Part shown: positions 13,706 to 25,585 of the stretch, piece by piece
Numbering within the stretch: the stretch's first letter is position 1
How the letters are laid out: the number at the start of each line of letters is the position of its first letter
From: Octopus sinensis
Taxonomy: Eukaryota
Length of the DNA: 64,000 nt
Assembly: GCF_006345805.1 (NCBI RefSeq)
Contig: NC_042997.1
Location: forward strand, 51,026,001 to 51,090,000
Reading direction: 5' to 3'
The notes under the pieces: generated by a model
Database searches by the model: none
Seen by the model: the letters and a program-made list of their open reading frames with translations, nothing else
Told to the model about the DNA's origin: nothing
Made by a program: the position numbers and the translations under genes

Positions 13706-14072
13706 CAAGGGTAGGGAAACCCCCGCCTGTGGACGCAATTGCACCCAGTGGCCAATATACTCGTATGTACAAAATATAATAAATTTTTTAATTTTAAAAT
13801 TTATACAATATTCATATGCCTATTTGTGACATTAAAATGCCTTAAAATGGTTAGACTCGAACAGAAATAGCCAGGTAATTGCCATTTGAATGGAAGTTTT
13901 GTTTTCACCATAAAACACATATTTCTAGGTTTGTGCCATCCCCTTGTGACCCAACTACAGTCTAGCTGAAAAATATAGAATACCGCATAAGTAATATAAA
14001 TGTCCTAAATTCAGTGGCAGCATTAATTTAATGTGTTAAACTTATCTTTATTAATGTATATAGAATTATAAC

Positions 14073-14128
<56 letters not shown>

Positions 14129-14227
14129 AGATTTATACAGATATAAGAGTTAGAACTTGTGGTCCGCCCTCCGACCATTTCCATTGGAAATGTTTGTCTG
14201 TCGTACTAATAAGTTTCCCCACCCCTG
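13706..14227. mobile_element. hAT (Charlie-like) MITE
   Basis: TIR caagggtagggaaac / gtttccccacccctg; perfect 8-bp TSD CTCTAGAT. Confidence 0.88.
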
Positions 14228-14271
14228 CTCTAGATACTTGGCTGTGTTGAGCTAAGAATCCTGCTTAAGAA

Positions 14272-14485
14272 TCATTCTCTTCTTTCTTTCCAATGATAAA
14301 GTGTTACAGACTTTGTCCTTCCTCCTTGACTAAGCTGTAAAATAAGAATCATTTCCTGCAAAATCCAACCCAGTACCAAGTCATAAGCACAGAAAAGTAA
14401 AATTGTTGCAACATTTGGTGACTCTTCCTTATATCTACTTATTTTGGTGGAAGTAAAATATTTTATGCCAGCTTCAGAAGAAAAC
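14272..14485 (-). CDS. Candidate alternative terminal exon, in frame with LIG1 exon 8
   Basis: Strong acceptor ttccttacag|G. Only the phase-2 frame is open (70 codons to TGA). No similarity to a ligase domain seen. Confidence 0.3.
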
Positions 14486-14639
14486 CTGTAAGGAATTAAT
14501 AGAATATATTCATACACAGATGACAAGAGACACCAACAAGAGCCGAGATACAGCAGCAGAGATCTGTCCTATTCATGTAAGCAAAAAACATAGATGTACA
14601 ATGGAAATAGTGAATGAAGAAAACTAACAAAAGAACTCT

Positions 14640-14935
14640 TCTGCTGTTGCTGTTGTTGTTGTTGTTAAGCAACAAGACAGATAAGGGTGATTAGGTGATG
14701 TTCTAGGGCTTAGGGGCAGGAGACCCCAGACCTTGGGAAAAAAAACAACTTTGGTCGTCTTGTTGTAGTCGAGGGCTCTTCGTTGACGCCCGACACCACT
14801 GGGAGGTGGTTCTCGAAGTTGCTGGAAATGGAGATCTCCATCTCCGAATTCCTGAACGGCTGGTGCTGCTGCCTCTACTACTGGCACAAACGTGTTAAAT
14901 TTGGAATCAATGTCCTTGATACATGGACGTAACAA
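14640..14935 (-). mobile_element. Retroposon 3' fragment with an (AAC)n tail; other copies at ~4460-4650 (+) and ~48510-48720 (-)
   Basis: Three similar copies of ...gggccacctcccagtggtgt...cccctaa(a/g)ccctaga...gcttaacaac. Confidence 0.75.
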
Positions 14936-14968
14936 CAAAAAATACAATAGAAACAAGCAAACACTTAC

Positions 14969-15086
14969 CACTGTACGTCTTCAGATTTTTCTTCCTTTAT
15001 TTCTGAAGTTGATTTTGTTGATTTAGCAGGCTCCTTCTTTTTTTCAGATTCAGGTTTTGAAGGTGTTTTCTTTGATTTGATGTTAC
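14969..15086 (-). CDS. LIG1: DNA ligase 1, coding exon 8 (118 nt), the last LIG1-like exon recognisable in the window
   Basis: tttattag acceptor, TG|GTAAGT donor, phase 1 to 2. Encodes NIKSKKTPSKPESEKKKEPAK...EDVQ. Confidence 0.82.
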
Positions 15087-15496
15087 CTAATAAAATCAAT
15101 TGAATAAGACAATAAACAAGATTCTACACCAATTATCAATTTAGAATTAATTTTAATTTGGAAAAACCTAAAGCCCACTTTATCATAGTTATTATTGCAT
15201 GATGTTTTATAATATAGTTATCATATAGTCACATGTACACACACGACAGGTTTCTTTCATATTTTGTCTACCAAATTCACTCACAAGGCTTTGGCTGACC
15301 TGCAGCTATAGTAAGGGAGACTTGCTTAAAGTGCTACCCATTACATTCATGGAGTGGTTGATGTTAGGAAGGGCATCCAACAGTAGAAACCATGCCAAAT
15401 CAGACTTTAACCTGGTGCAGCTCTACAGCTAACCAGTTTCGGTGAAACCATCTAACCTATGCCAGCATAGAAATCAGACACTAAATGATGATATAG

Positions 15497-15820
15497 GAGC
15501 ACTCCGTCGGTTGTGACGACAAGGGTCCCAGCTGATACAATCAACGGAACAGCCTGCTTGTGAAATTAACGTGCTAGTGGCTGAGCAATCCACAGACACG
15601 TGTACCCTTAACGTAGTTCTCAGGGAGATTCAGCGTGAAACAGAGTGTGACAAGGCTGGCCTTTTGAAATACAGGTACAACTCATTTTTGCCAACTGAGT
15701 GGACTGGAGCAACATGAAATGAAGTGTCTTGCTCAAGGACACAACGTGTTGCCGGGAATTGAACTCACAACCTTACGATCTTGAGTCGAATGCCCTAACC
15801 ATTAAGCCACGTGCCTTCAC
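15497..15820 (-). mobile_element. tRNA-derived SINE; body shared with 61140-61330
   Basis: tggcttaatggttagg A box, gagttcaattccc B box, gtgtccttgagcaagacactt core. Confidence 0.75.
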
Positions 15821-16076
15821 AAATGATGATATATATATATATATGAAAATTATGTATTAATGGAAAACCTCTATTAATGGCTGATGATTGCTCAACTTTT
15901 AAAACTGTTGTAATGCAACATTTAATAAAATGATGTAGCGTGAAACGATCGTACCAAATTACCGAAGTTATTCTTGTTGCTTATTTTGATTATATATATA
16001 TGTATAGGGTTGGCTAAGACAATTATAAGTTTAAAATTTATACTAGTGAAAGTACTAATAGTTAAAAGTAACTTAC

Positions 16077-16154
16077 CAAATATAGAGGCAACTTTCACTT
16101 CAGGAGAATCTTTAGACTTCTTAACTTCTTTCTTCACTGAAGATTCATTTGTGT
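16077..16154 (-). CDS. LIG1: DNA ligase 1, coding exon 7 (78 nt)
   Basis: Pyrimidine tract + AAG acceptor, G|GTAAGT donor, phase 1 to 1. Encodes DTNESSVKKEVKKSKDSPEVKVASIFG (compare human KTLSSFFT). Confidence 0.8.
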
Positions 16155-16487
16155 CTTTTGATGAAAAAGATAATAATGAAAATATTTGAAAGAAATCATT
16201 TAACAACTAATCTTGAAACAAATACAAGTTATATATAAAAGCTTGTAATATCATTCTCAACATTTGTTTTAATGTCGACTTTTCCAAGCTTGCATGGGCC
16301 AAATGGAATTTGTTAGGGCAGGCTTTCTATAGCTGGATGTCCTTCCATTCTCCAATCCCCACCTGTTACCACATTACGCATGACCAGAAGTCTGGAAACG
16401 AAGGACACCACACGTGTTATGGTGATACTTGTTTACAACAATAACACAATGTCAAGACAGAGAAACACCAACTCACAAACACACAAT

Positions 16488-16745
16488 GGAGGTACATGGC
16501 CTAGTGGTTAGAGCAGCGGACTCGCGGTCGAGGGATCGTGGGTTCGAATCTCAGACCGGGCAATGTGTATGTTTATGAGCGAAATACCTAAGCTCCATTC
16601 AGCTCTGGCGAGCTTCTGCTGAATCTTTCGCCACAACTTTCTCTCTCTCTTTCCTCCTGCATCTTGCAGCTCACCTGCGACGGACCGGCATCCCGTCCAG
16701 GTGGGGACCCTATACGCCAAGGAAACCAGCCCTATGAGCTAGGCG
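16488..16745 (+). mobile_element. tRNA-derived SINE; related head at 60958
   Basis: A box tggcctagtggtta, B box ggttcgaatc; no complete cloverleaf/CCA; non-tRNA body follows. Confidence 0.75.
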
Positions 16746-17424
16746 TGGATCGAGAAGGAACAAACACACACACACATCTTGATGTACTGGATGAGGAATT
16801 CAGAGTTTAAGCTCAAATCCATTTGAGTACATCTAGCTGTACACACACACACACACACACGTGTGTGCACACAAAAACACACACAATGGGCTACTTTCGG
16901 TTTCAGTCTACCAAATCCACTCACAAGGTTTTGGTTGGCCCAGGTCTACAGAACAACATACTTGCACAAGGTACCATGTTGTGAGACTGAATCTTGAATG
17001 AAAGGGGCTGTGCCTATGGTTTCATAGGCCCTCCAAGACTTGCAAGGTAAAAAAAACCCTGGAAATAAAACAAAGGTGAAAGTTTTAAAAAAAAAAACTT
17101 AGAAATAACAAGCACAGTTTTTATCATCATTGATTTAATATACACTTTCCCATGCTAGCATGGGTCAGACAGAATTTGCTGAGGCAGATTTTCTACAACT
17201 GGATGCCCTTCCTGTTGCCAACCCTCACTTGTTTCCAGGTAAAGTAATATTTCATTATGACCAGACATGTTTCCATGGAAGACTATGAAGAACACCGCTT
17301 ACATGATGGTGATACTTGTTTATAACCATCACGCTATGTCAAGGCAAGGAGGCAGTAACACACACACATTACAAATCTATACATGTAAATATGTGTAGAT
17401 ATATGTGTGTGTGTACACATATAC

Positions 17425-17457
<33 letters not shown>

Positions 17458-17697
17458 ATTACAAATCTATACATGTAAATATATGCACACACACACACAC
17501 ACAGACATATATGTATAGTGTTTGAAGTGGTGTACAGATATTGTAAACTAAGAAGAAAGAGGCAGTCAGAATTTTGGATAATTCTTTATTAGCGCTTTCA
17601 TTCAACTGAACAAATGAAAGCGCTTATAAAGAATTATTCAAAATTCTGACTACCTCCTTCCTCTTAACACACACACATATATATATATATATGTATC

Positions 17698-18366
17698 ATC
17701 ATCATCATCATCATTTAGCGTCCGTTTTCCATGCTAGCATGGGTTGGACGGTTCTACTGGGGTCTGTGAAGCCAGAAGGCTTCATCAGGCCCAGTCAAAT
17801 CTGGCAGTGTTTCTACGGCTGGATGCCCTTCCTAACGCCAACCACTCCGTGAGTGTAGTGGGTGCTTTTTACGTGCCACCCGCACTGGTGCCAGACAGAG
17901 CTGGCAAACGGCCACGAACGGATGGTGCTTTTTATGTGCCACCGGCACGAGGGCCAGGCGAGGCTGGCAATGGACACGAAACGGGGCGGTGCTGGCAACG
18001 GTCGCGAAACGGAAAGTTCTCTTACATGCCACCGGCACTGGTAACACATCTGCAATTTCCATTGATCGATTTCGATTCTGATCCTCACTTGCCTCAATGG
18101 GTCTTCACAAGCAGAATTTCGACATGTCACCGGCACTGGTAGCACATCCGCAATTTCCATTGATCGATTTCGATTCTGATCCTCACTTGCCTCAACACGT
18201 CTTCACAAGTAGAGTTTTGTGTCCCAAGAAGGGAAGGTATGCATACGTAGGCTGGCTCCATCCCATGTAGAAGGCCACGGGTTGTGGACTCACTTGTCCT
18301 GCCGGGTCTTCTCGCGCACAGCACACTTCCAGAGGTCTCGGTCTCTAGTCATTTCCTCAGTGAGAC

Positions 18367-18368
<2 letters not shown>
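17698..18368 (-). mobile_element. 5'-truncated copy of the RTE 3' end, with an internal ~98-bp tandem duplication
   Basis: Near-identical to the reverse complement of 37645-38220. Confidence 0.9.
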
Positions 18369-18423
<55 letters not shown>

Positions 18424-18459
18424 TATATATGTATATATGTATATATATGTATATATATA

Positions 18460-18845
18460 TCATCATCATCATCATTTAGCGTCCGTTTTCCATGCTAGCA
18501 TGGGTTGGACGGTTCAACTGGGGTCTGGGGAGCCCGAAGGCTGCACCAGGCCAGTCAGATCTGGCATGTTTCTACAGCTGGATGCCCTTCCTAACGCCAA
18601 CCACTCCGAGAGTGTAGTGGGTGATTTATGTGCCACCGACACAGGTGCCAGACGAGGCTGGCGAACGGCCACGCTCGGATGGTGTTTTTATGTGCCACCG
18701 ACACAGGTGCCAGACGAGGCTGGCAGACGGCCACGCTCGGATGGTGTTTTTATGTGCCACCGACACAGGTGCCAGATGAGGCTGGCAGGTGCCAGACGAG
18801 GCTGGCAGACGGCCACGCTCGGATGGTGTTTTTATGTGCCACCAT
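18460..18845 (-). repeat. RTE-tail repeat with a 62-bp minisatellite (3 units + partial)
   Basis: Unit tgccaccgacacaggtgccagacgaggctggcagacggccacgctcggatggtgtttttatg from 18631. Confidence 0.85.
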
Positions 18846-18900
18846 ATATATATATATATATGTATATATATGTATATATATATGTATATATATGTATATA

Positions 18901-18957
<57 letters not shown>

Positions 18958-19706
18958 CTATGTATTTATGTATATGGTGTGTCTCTTTCACTTTCCAGCT
19001 ACCAAATCCATTCACAAGGTTTTAACTGATTCTGGGCTATAACAGAAAACACTTGCCCCAGGTGCCACACAGTGGGTCTGAACCTGAAACCATGTGGTTG
19101 GGAAGCAAATTTCTTACCACTCAGTCACACCAGCACCTATCACCTTTTTTTCAAGAGTACTAAATAAAAAAATGGCAGTATCTGATAACAAAGAATGGAC
19201 AATGTCCTTATTTCACAAATCCTAATTACAAAGTATAGAGTCACATAAAAATCAATATTATTTTATCTGAAAACTATTAAAGACAAACAAACTGAGCACC
19301 TTTAAATTATCGAAAAAAAGAAACAAAAAAAAAATAAAACAAACATGCTAACTCCAAAACCAAGAATCACCAGAATACAAGCTGAGTAGAATGATGATAT
19401 CAGCAATATGATATCAGTAATAATAACCAATATAATGATGCTATTAAAAATATCAGCAACTTCCTTCATCACCTTGTTAACTATCTTTTATCTGTTTCAG
19501 TCATTTGACTGTGGCCATGCTGGAGCACTGCCTTTAGTCAAGCAAATCGACCCCAGAACTTATTCTTTGTAAGAATAGTACTTATTCTATCGTCCTCTTT
19601 TGCCGAACCCCTAAGTTACAGGGATGTAAACACACCACCATCGGTTGTCAAGCGATGTTGGGAGGACAAGCAGACACACAAACATATACACACACACATA
19701 TATGTG

Positions 19707-19754
<48 letters not shown>

Positions 19755-19769
19755 AACATACATGTACAC

Positions 19770-20070
19770 TGCAACATAATTTCTTTTCCTCAACAGGCCC
19801 TGCCCTATTTAACATTGCCCCGAGGGAGATCAAAGAGGAAAAGGATCCCATCAACTTCAAACAGAGTCTGGATAGATTCCTTCAAAGAATACCAGATAAG
19901 CCACCCATAATTGGATACAACTCACCCAACAAGAACTCACTACTTGAACAAAACTTGACTTAAACAAAACTTGACTTAAACAGGATTCGAATAATCCTAT
20001 CAGGTGGTGCTATTAAGTTAGACATGGCCTGGACCAATCTTTGGTCGAAACATATCTAAGTTTATCTAAG
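19770..20070 (+). mobile_element. LINE (CR1/L2-like) C-terminal fragment
   Basis: GPALFNIAP...FKQSLDRFLQRIPDKP followed by a (ctaagt)-type tail. Confidence 0.65.
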
Positions 20071-20074
20071 TCTA

Positions 20075-20113
<39 letters not shown>

Positions 20114-20738
20114 TATATATATATACACACATATATACGACAGGCTTCTTTCAGTTTCCGTCTACCAAATCCACTCACAAGACTTTGGTCAGCCCAAGGC
20201 TATAGTAGAAGACACTTGCCCAAGGTGCCACGCAGTGGGACTGAACCCGGAACTATGTGGTTTGTAAGCAAGCTACTTACCACACAGCCTTTTTTTAAGC
20301 CTGGTACTTTATTAGTTCTTTTGCTGAACTGCTAAGTTATGGGGATGTAAGCAAACTAACATGCAGTGGAGGGGGACAAACAAATACACACAGACAAATC
20401 AAAAATAAAAACAAAAACAACAAAAGTAAAAAGGACGACATATACAGTGAATGTATTAAGTTGATGCTCAGTTTTAAAATGGAAAAAAAGAGAAGGTTGT
20501 GACATTTCAAGCATGACTCTTAGCCAGAAAGAGGAAAGGTGAAGAGAGAAGGAAAAGAATATTCGGAGAATAGCACATGTGTTGTCTATTAAATCCGCCT
20601 ACAAGGCTATGGTCAGCCAAGACTGTACTAGAAGACACTTGCCCAAGATGCCACACAGTGGGACTGAACCCAGAGCCATGTCGTTGGGAATCAAACTTCT
20701 TACAACATGGGTACATCTGTGCCTATAGTTATATTATA

Positions 20739-21130
20739 CTAGCAGTATCGCCCGGCGTTGCTCGGGTTTGTTTCGACCCTTTAGAACTGGAATTTTTGAA
20801 AGGTAAAAACTTTGCATTATGTAGCTTGTTATTCTCTTTAAGTGAACATTTTTCTGGTTGAAATACACCGAAAAATGGCAATACAGCAGACAAAAAATCG
20901 TAAAAAGTAGGGATTTTCATTAAAAAAAAGCACCTTTTTGATGTAAATAATTTTTGGTGTTAACATGGTCCAATTTGAATTTCTTTTTCTACTGAAGGAA
21001 GAGTAAGCCTTCTTCTATCATACTCTCAATTTTGGTCAACTTGCGCCGCAGGGTCTCGGAGGAGATAGTGTTAGTTGAAGGCTACCAAACCTGCCATACA
21101 CAGACAACTTCAGCTTTATATAGAGAGAGA
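20739..21130 (-). mobile_element. Non-autonomous Helitron (392 bp)
   Basis: Same 3' end as 1236-1630 (ctagcagtatcgcccggcgttgctcggg on +), 5' TC end, different interior. Confidence 0.78.
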
Positions 21131-22470
21131 TTTAGAATCTTTAACCCATTTGATACCAACACTCCTGAGACCAACTCTGATTCTATAATACAAACTTTGT
21201 TTTAATCTGACCTGAAGTAAAACTTTCCATCAGACTTTTATTAATTTATGTTCTAAACACCAAATTAATATTGACAAAATTATTTTTACTAAATTCTCCA
21301 TTATTTTTAAACTTAATTGAAATAAAGGAAATGTATTTCACCAGAAATATGGTAATCAAAGGGTCAACCCAAAGAATTTAATTCTTTGAACTCTTGAAAC
21401 TGTGTAAAGATAAAGATCTGATAGCTGAATAAAGATACAGAAATGAATGAATGGAAGAGGTGGGTATTGGACATAAGGATAGACAGATACACAAATGAAT
21501 ACTGACACATTGACATATAGCTATGTAAATAGTGATAGAGACAATGAATAGGAGATAAAACTAACAGATATCACTCATCCATAATCTATGGTTTAAAGTA
21601 AAAGAGTATTGATTTCATAAAGATGCTATCTTCAACAAAAGTAAATGTTCTTTTTGACACTTTTACCAGTCAATTCTCTGAGAGAATTTTATTGGCAAAT
21701 CAATATTGCACCATGTATTTTACATTGTAGAAAGCTGCAAAACTTTTATTGGTCAGACATAACTCATTGTCATAACTGATCTCTGTATTTATCATCTGTA
21801 TCTAAAACAGGAAACAAACACTTGCACCTAGAGGAACAATTGATCTTGCAGCTATTTTTGTGTTCGTGGTGTTTACTTTATGCCTGTCTAGACTGCATAA
21901 AGGTGTGGGTGTGTAAGGAGAGGGTTATTGGTTATTGAACAAGAATTGTAGCCAAGTCCTAATCTGTTGCTAACGAGTCAAGATGTTTGTTTCATAGTGT
22001 TCTTTTGTTGTTGTTGTTGTTTCAGAAAGGTGTCTGGGATTCATTCTATGCTTTGAGTAAATTTAAGGATAGTTAATTCCTTGCTCTACAACAACATGAA
22101 TTGTTGAGAAATATCCCTTGTATATAAGAGAATGGATGGATGGATGAACAGGTGGAGAGATAGAGAGGTGTATGGCTGCTGCCCAAATGGACTGACAGAA
22201 TAGACAGCCTGCGATTCTAAGCACCAATGAATAGTATTGCATAAAAGCATCACAACATGTTCATTCAGCTACATCAGGGAACTGGTACTGTCTCTCAGAC
22301 AGGGAGAGGTGGGGGGGGTTAGATTGTATACCCAAACCTAAAGCATCATCTAAATAGGATTTTGGCTGACTGTACTTATCAGTGGACGGAGAAGTGGTGG
22401 ATAATAACAGAATGGTTTTAAATTGAGGGGATCGTCAGAGGAATAGACAGAAAGATGTAGATAGACAGTA

Positions 22471-22501
<31 letters not shown>

Positions 22502-22897
22502 GAGAAAGAGAGAGACAAGAGACAAAAATTAATAAATATAGTTAATCTTTAACCAAATTAAGGTACTAGACAACATGGTCATGAGTTCATACTTGATAGA
22601 TAAAGCCAATGTTGTGTTCTTGAGCAAGATACACAACTCCGCTTACTCCAAATTGCCTGTCTGACAAAATACACATTCCACAACTGGTTTCATAATTGCC
22701 TAGTTATTGGTACACATTTTTTGTTTAATATCCATTTTTCCATGCTAGCATCAGTTTGGGGCAGTATTTTATGGGCAAACAGCCTCCTTCTTTCTTTCAA
22801 GATCAATAAAATAAGTACCATTTCAGCACTGGGTCTCGATGCAAGTGACTAGCCCCTTCCCCTAAAAACTTAAGGATCTGTGCCTTTAGTAGTATGG

Positions 22898-22933
<36 letters not shown>

Positions 22934-24819
22934 GGCAGTGAGCTTGCAGAATCATTAGCATACTGGGCAAAATGCTTAACAGCATTTCTTGTGGCTTTAC
23001 ATTCTGAATTCAAATTCTGTTACAGTTGACTAAATTAAGTACCAGTCAAGTACTGGGGTCGATGTGATTGACTATCTTCGTCCCTTCAAATTCCAGGCCT
23101 TGTGCTTATACTAGAAAGGATTGTTATTGAGAGAGAGCAATGCATGCCATCAAAGTGACACCAGAGTACAAATATACAAAGCCCAATGTACCCATCATGA
23201 CTTCTCGTCTGATAAGGGTACAGACATATGCATAACAACCATTTGTGAATGACATGGTGACCATATATCAAAATGTATAGTGCATGACCTTGCAGGTGAG
23301 ATCCAGTTTGAACTATCTTCACATTGAGTAGCCCATCCTGCTCAAAAGGCCCCTGAATGAGGGCTGTTGAAGGATGATGACTGAAACACCCAAGTTTCCA
23401 GACATGAATTAGTCAAACCCCAAAGAATCCCTCTCAACACATGGCTATGATACTCCCCCACTACTCCTGCTCATGATCAGAGATGCACATATTGTCAGCC
23501 ACTAAAAGACATGCTCAACCGGTTATGGTCAAACAACTGACAAGCAAATCCTGTGGTATTGAGCAGAATATTTACTGTGGCATATCTTTTTATACCAAGA
23601 CAAGGCAATGTACAAGATAACACTTCCAATCAGTTAAGATCAGAAACCATGAAAGCTACTGCATCAGGGCATTTATTATTATTATTATTATTATTAGCAT
23701 CAACAGCAGTAAGCTGCCAAAATTGTTAGGGCATTGGACATTCCTTGTTTGCATGGACAGAATTTGTAGAGGTAGATTTTATACAGTGAGAAGCCGTTAC
23801 TGTCACCAAACCTCACCTGCCTCCAAGAAAAGCAACATTTGTTCGTGACTGGGCATGTTTTTTGCAGAGTCCTAGTCCTGTTTTCCAACTGGAAAGGAAG
23901 GCCTCTGCTTCTATGAGGTGATGCTCATGTATAACTATGCAATAATAACAAGACAAAGCAACACAAACAAACATGTACACACACAAACACACCTATATAC
24001 ATACATATATATGGCAGGCTTTCAGTTTCTGTCTACCAAAGCCACTCACAAGGCATTGGTCAGCCTAATCATACAGTAGAAGATACACTTGTTCAAGGTG
24101 TCATGCAGTGGAACTGAACCCAAAACCATGTGCTTCAGAACTGAACTTAACCACACAGCCATGTTTACATCTTGTATAATTAATAATTTTACAGCAATTA
24201 TGCAAGGTGGGTCAAAAGTCATGCACCAAGATAAAAAAAAAACTTAATATATAAGTGTAGGAGTGGCTGTGTGGTAAGTAGCTTGCTTACGAACCACATG
24301 GTTCCAGGTTCAGTCCCACTCCAACATTGCTTGACAACCGATGCTGGTGTGTTTACATCCTCGTAACTTAGTGGTTCAGCAAAAGAGACCAATAGAATAA
24401 GTACTAGGCTTACAAAGAATAAGTCCTGGGATCGATTTGCTCGACTAAAGGCGGTGCTCCAGCATGGCCACAATCACATGACTGAAAAGAGTAAAAGAGA
24501 TATATTGCATGTTTCAAAAGTTTTGGTGTATGACTTTTGGCCCAGCCTTTATATTTGTTGAATAAGTAATCAATGACACCAGAAATTCTTCCAAATGCAT
24601 CGTTAATATTGTTATGCCTCAGATTAGCTCTGGATTCAAGAACAATAATGGCCAGCATGACCAATATTAATCTTATTGGCAGGGTGTGATTGAGGGAATT
24701 TGGATGCTATTTCTAGCAAGTCAAGTAACTGAAAACAGGCTCCATTAGTGGCACATGTATCTATGAAGCAATTGCCCCAGCTCCCCTTCAGGGTTGGTGA
24801 AAGTGATGTGGTGGACAAC

Positions 24820-25040
24820 GAAAAACCCGGCTGATGACACTCAAGGCTGATCTGAAACCCAACCTAGGCCTCCATATCTACGGCGTTCACCGCTAGAATA
24901 AGGAGTGGTTGGAGATCACGCGGCCGTTAGCCTCAAATCGCCAGGCCTGGTCGGCGTTTGTGAGAGATGCAGCATTGAGGATAAATGAAGCCAGCTCAAC
25001 CCACCCCGGGTGAATACTGTCTCATCATATCATCATCATC
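24820..25040 (+). mobile_element. LINE 3' fragment (RTE-like)
   Basis: Reads TLKADLKPNLGLHIYG...WNKEW-like...RQAWSAFVRDA, ending in a (cat)n tail. Confidence 0.5.
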
Positions 25041-25223
25041 ACAAGTATCTAAGGAAGACATGGAAAAGACATGCACACTTAAGAGAATTGCATCCTCACA
25101 GAAGGCTGTGAAAGGAAATATGTAGAATACAGTAGTTTTACTAATATACAGAACCCCTAGAGTAAAATCATGATAGGGTCTGTGATGCTGACAATATCAA
25201 TTTGAATGTGCACAAACATTTAC

Positions 25224-25263
25224 CTTGTTTGGATTGCTTTTCCTCGGATTTTTTTTTTTTTTT
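25224..25263 (-). CDS. LIG1: DNA ligase 1, 40-nt microexon (KKKKKSEEKQSKQ)
   Basis: tttcatttcag acceptor, AG|GTAAAT donor. 40 nt supplies exactly the phase 0 to 1 shift needed between the flanking exons. Confidence 0.75.
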
Positions 25264-25379
25264 CTGAAATGAAACAATAAAACAACAGTTAAATCTATGC
25301 AAAATGTACAAGCCCTGTGTCCTAGGACAGGGGAAAAGTAAACTCTACTTGCTTTACTCTACAAAGCTATATATCATCA

Positions 25380-25585
25380 TCTATTTCTTTACTACCCACA
25401 AGGGGCTGAACACAGAGGGGACAAACAACAACAGATAAACGGATTAAGTCAATTATATCGACCCCTGAAAGGATGAAAGGCAAAGTCGACCTCGGCGGAA
25501 TTTGAACTCAGAACGTTACGGCAGACGAAATACGGCTACGCATTTCGCCCGGCGCGCTAACAGTTCTGCTAGCTCGCCGCCTTCA
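25380..25585 (-). mobile_element. SINE family gcggcgagctggcagaa (copies at 1-230, 22925-23110, 54235-54445)
   Basis: ctgagttcaaattccgccgaggtcgactttgcctttcatcc core. Confidence 0.75.

Noticed and set aside
16488-16560. tRNA-like sequence
   Set aside because: It has A/B boxes only, continues into a repeat body and has a diverged copy at 60958, so it is a SINE head rather than a tRNA gene.
17744-19042. ORFs of 115-201 aa with LDALPNANHS and YIYI runs (also at 234, 4304, 25802, 37689, 40646)
   Set aside because: They are antisense translations of RTE 3'UTR repeats and (TA)n microsatellites.
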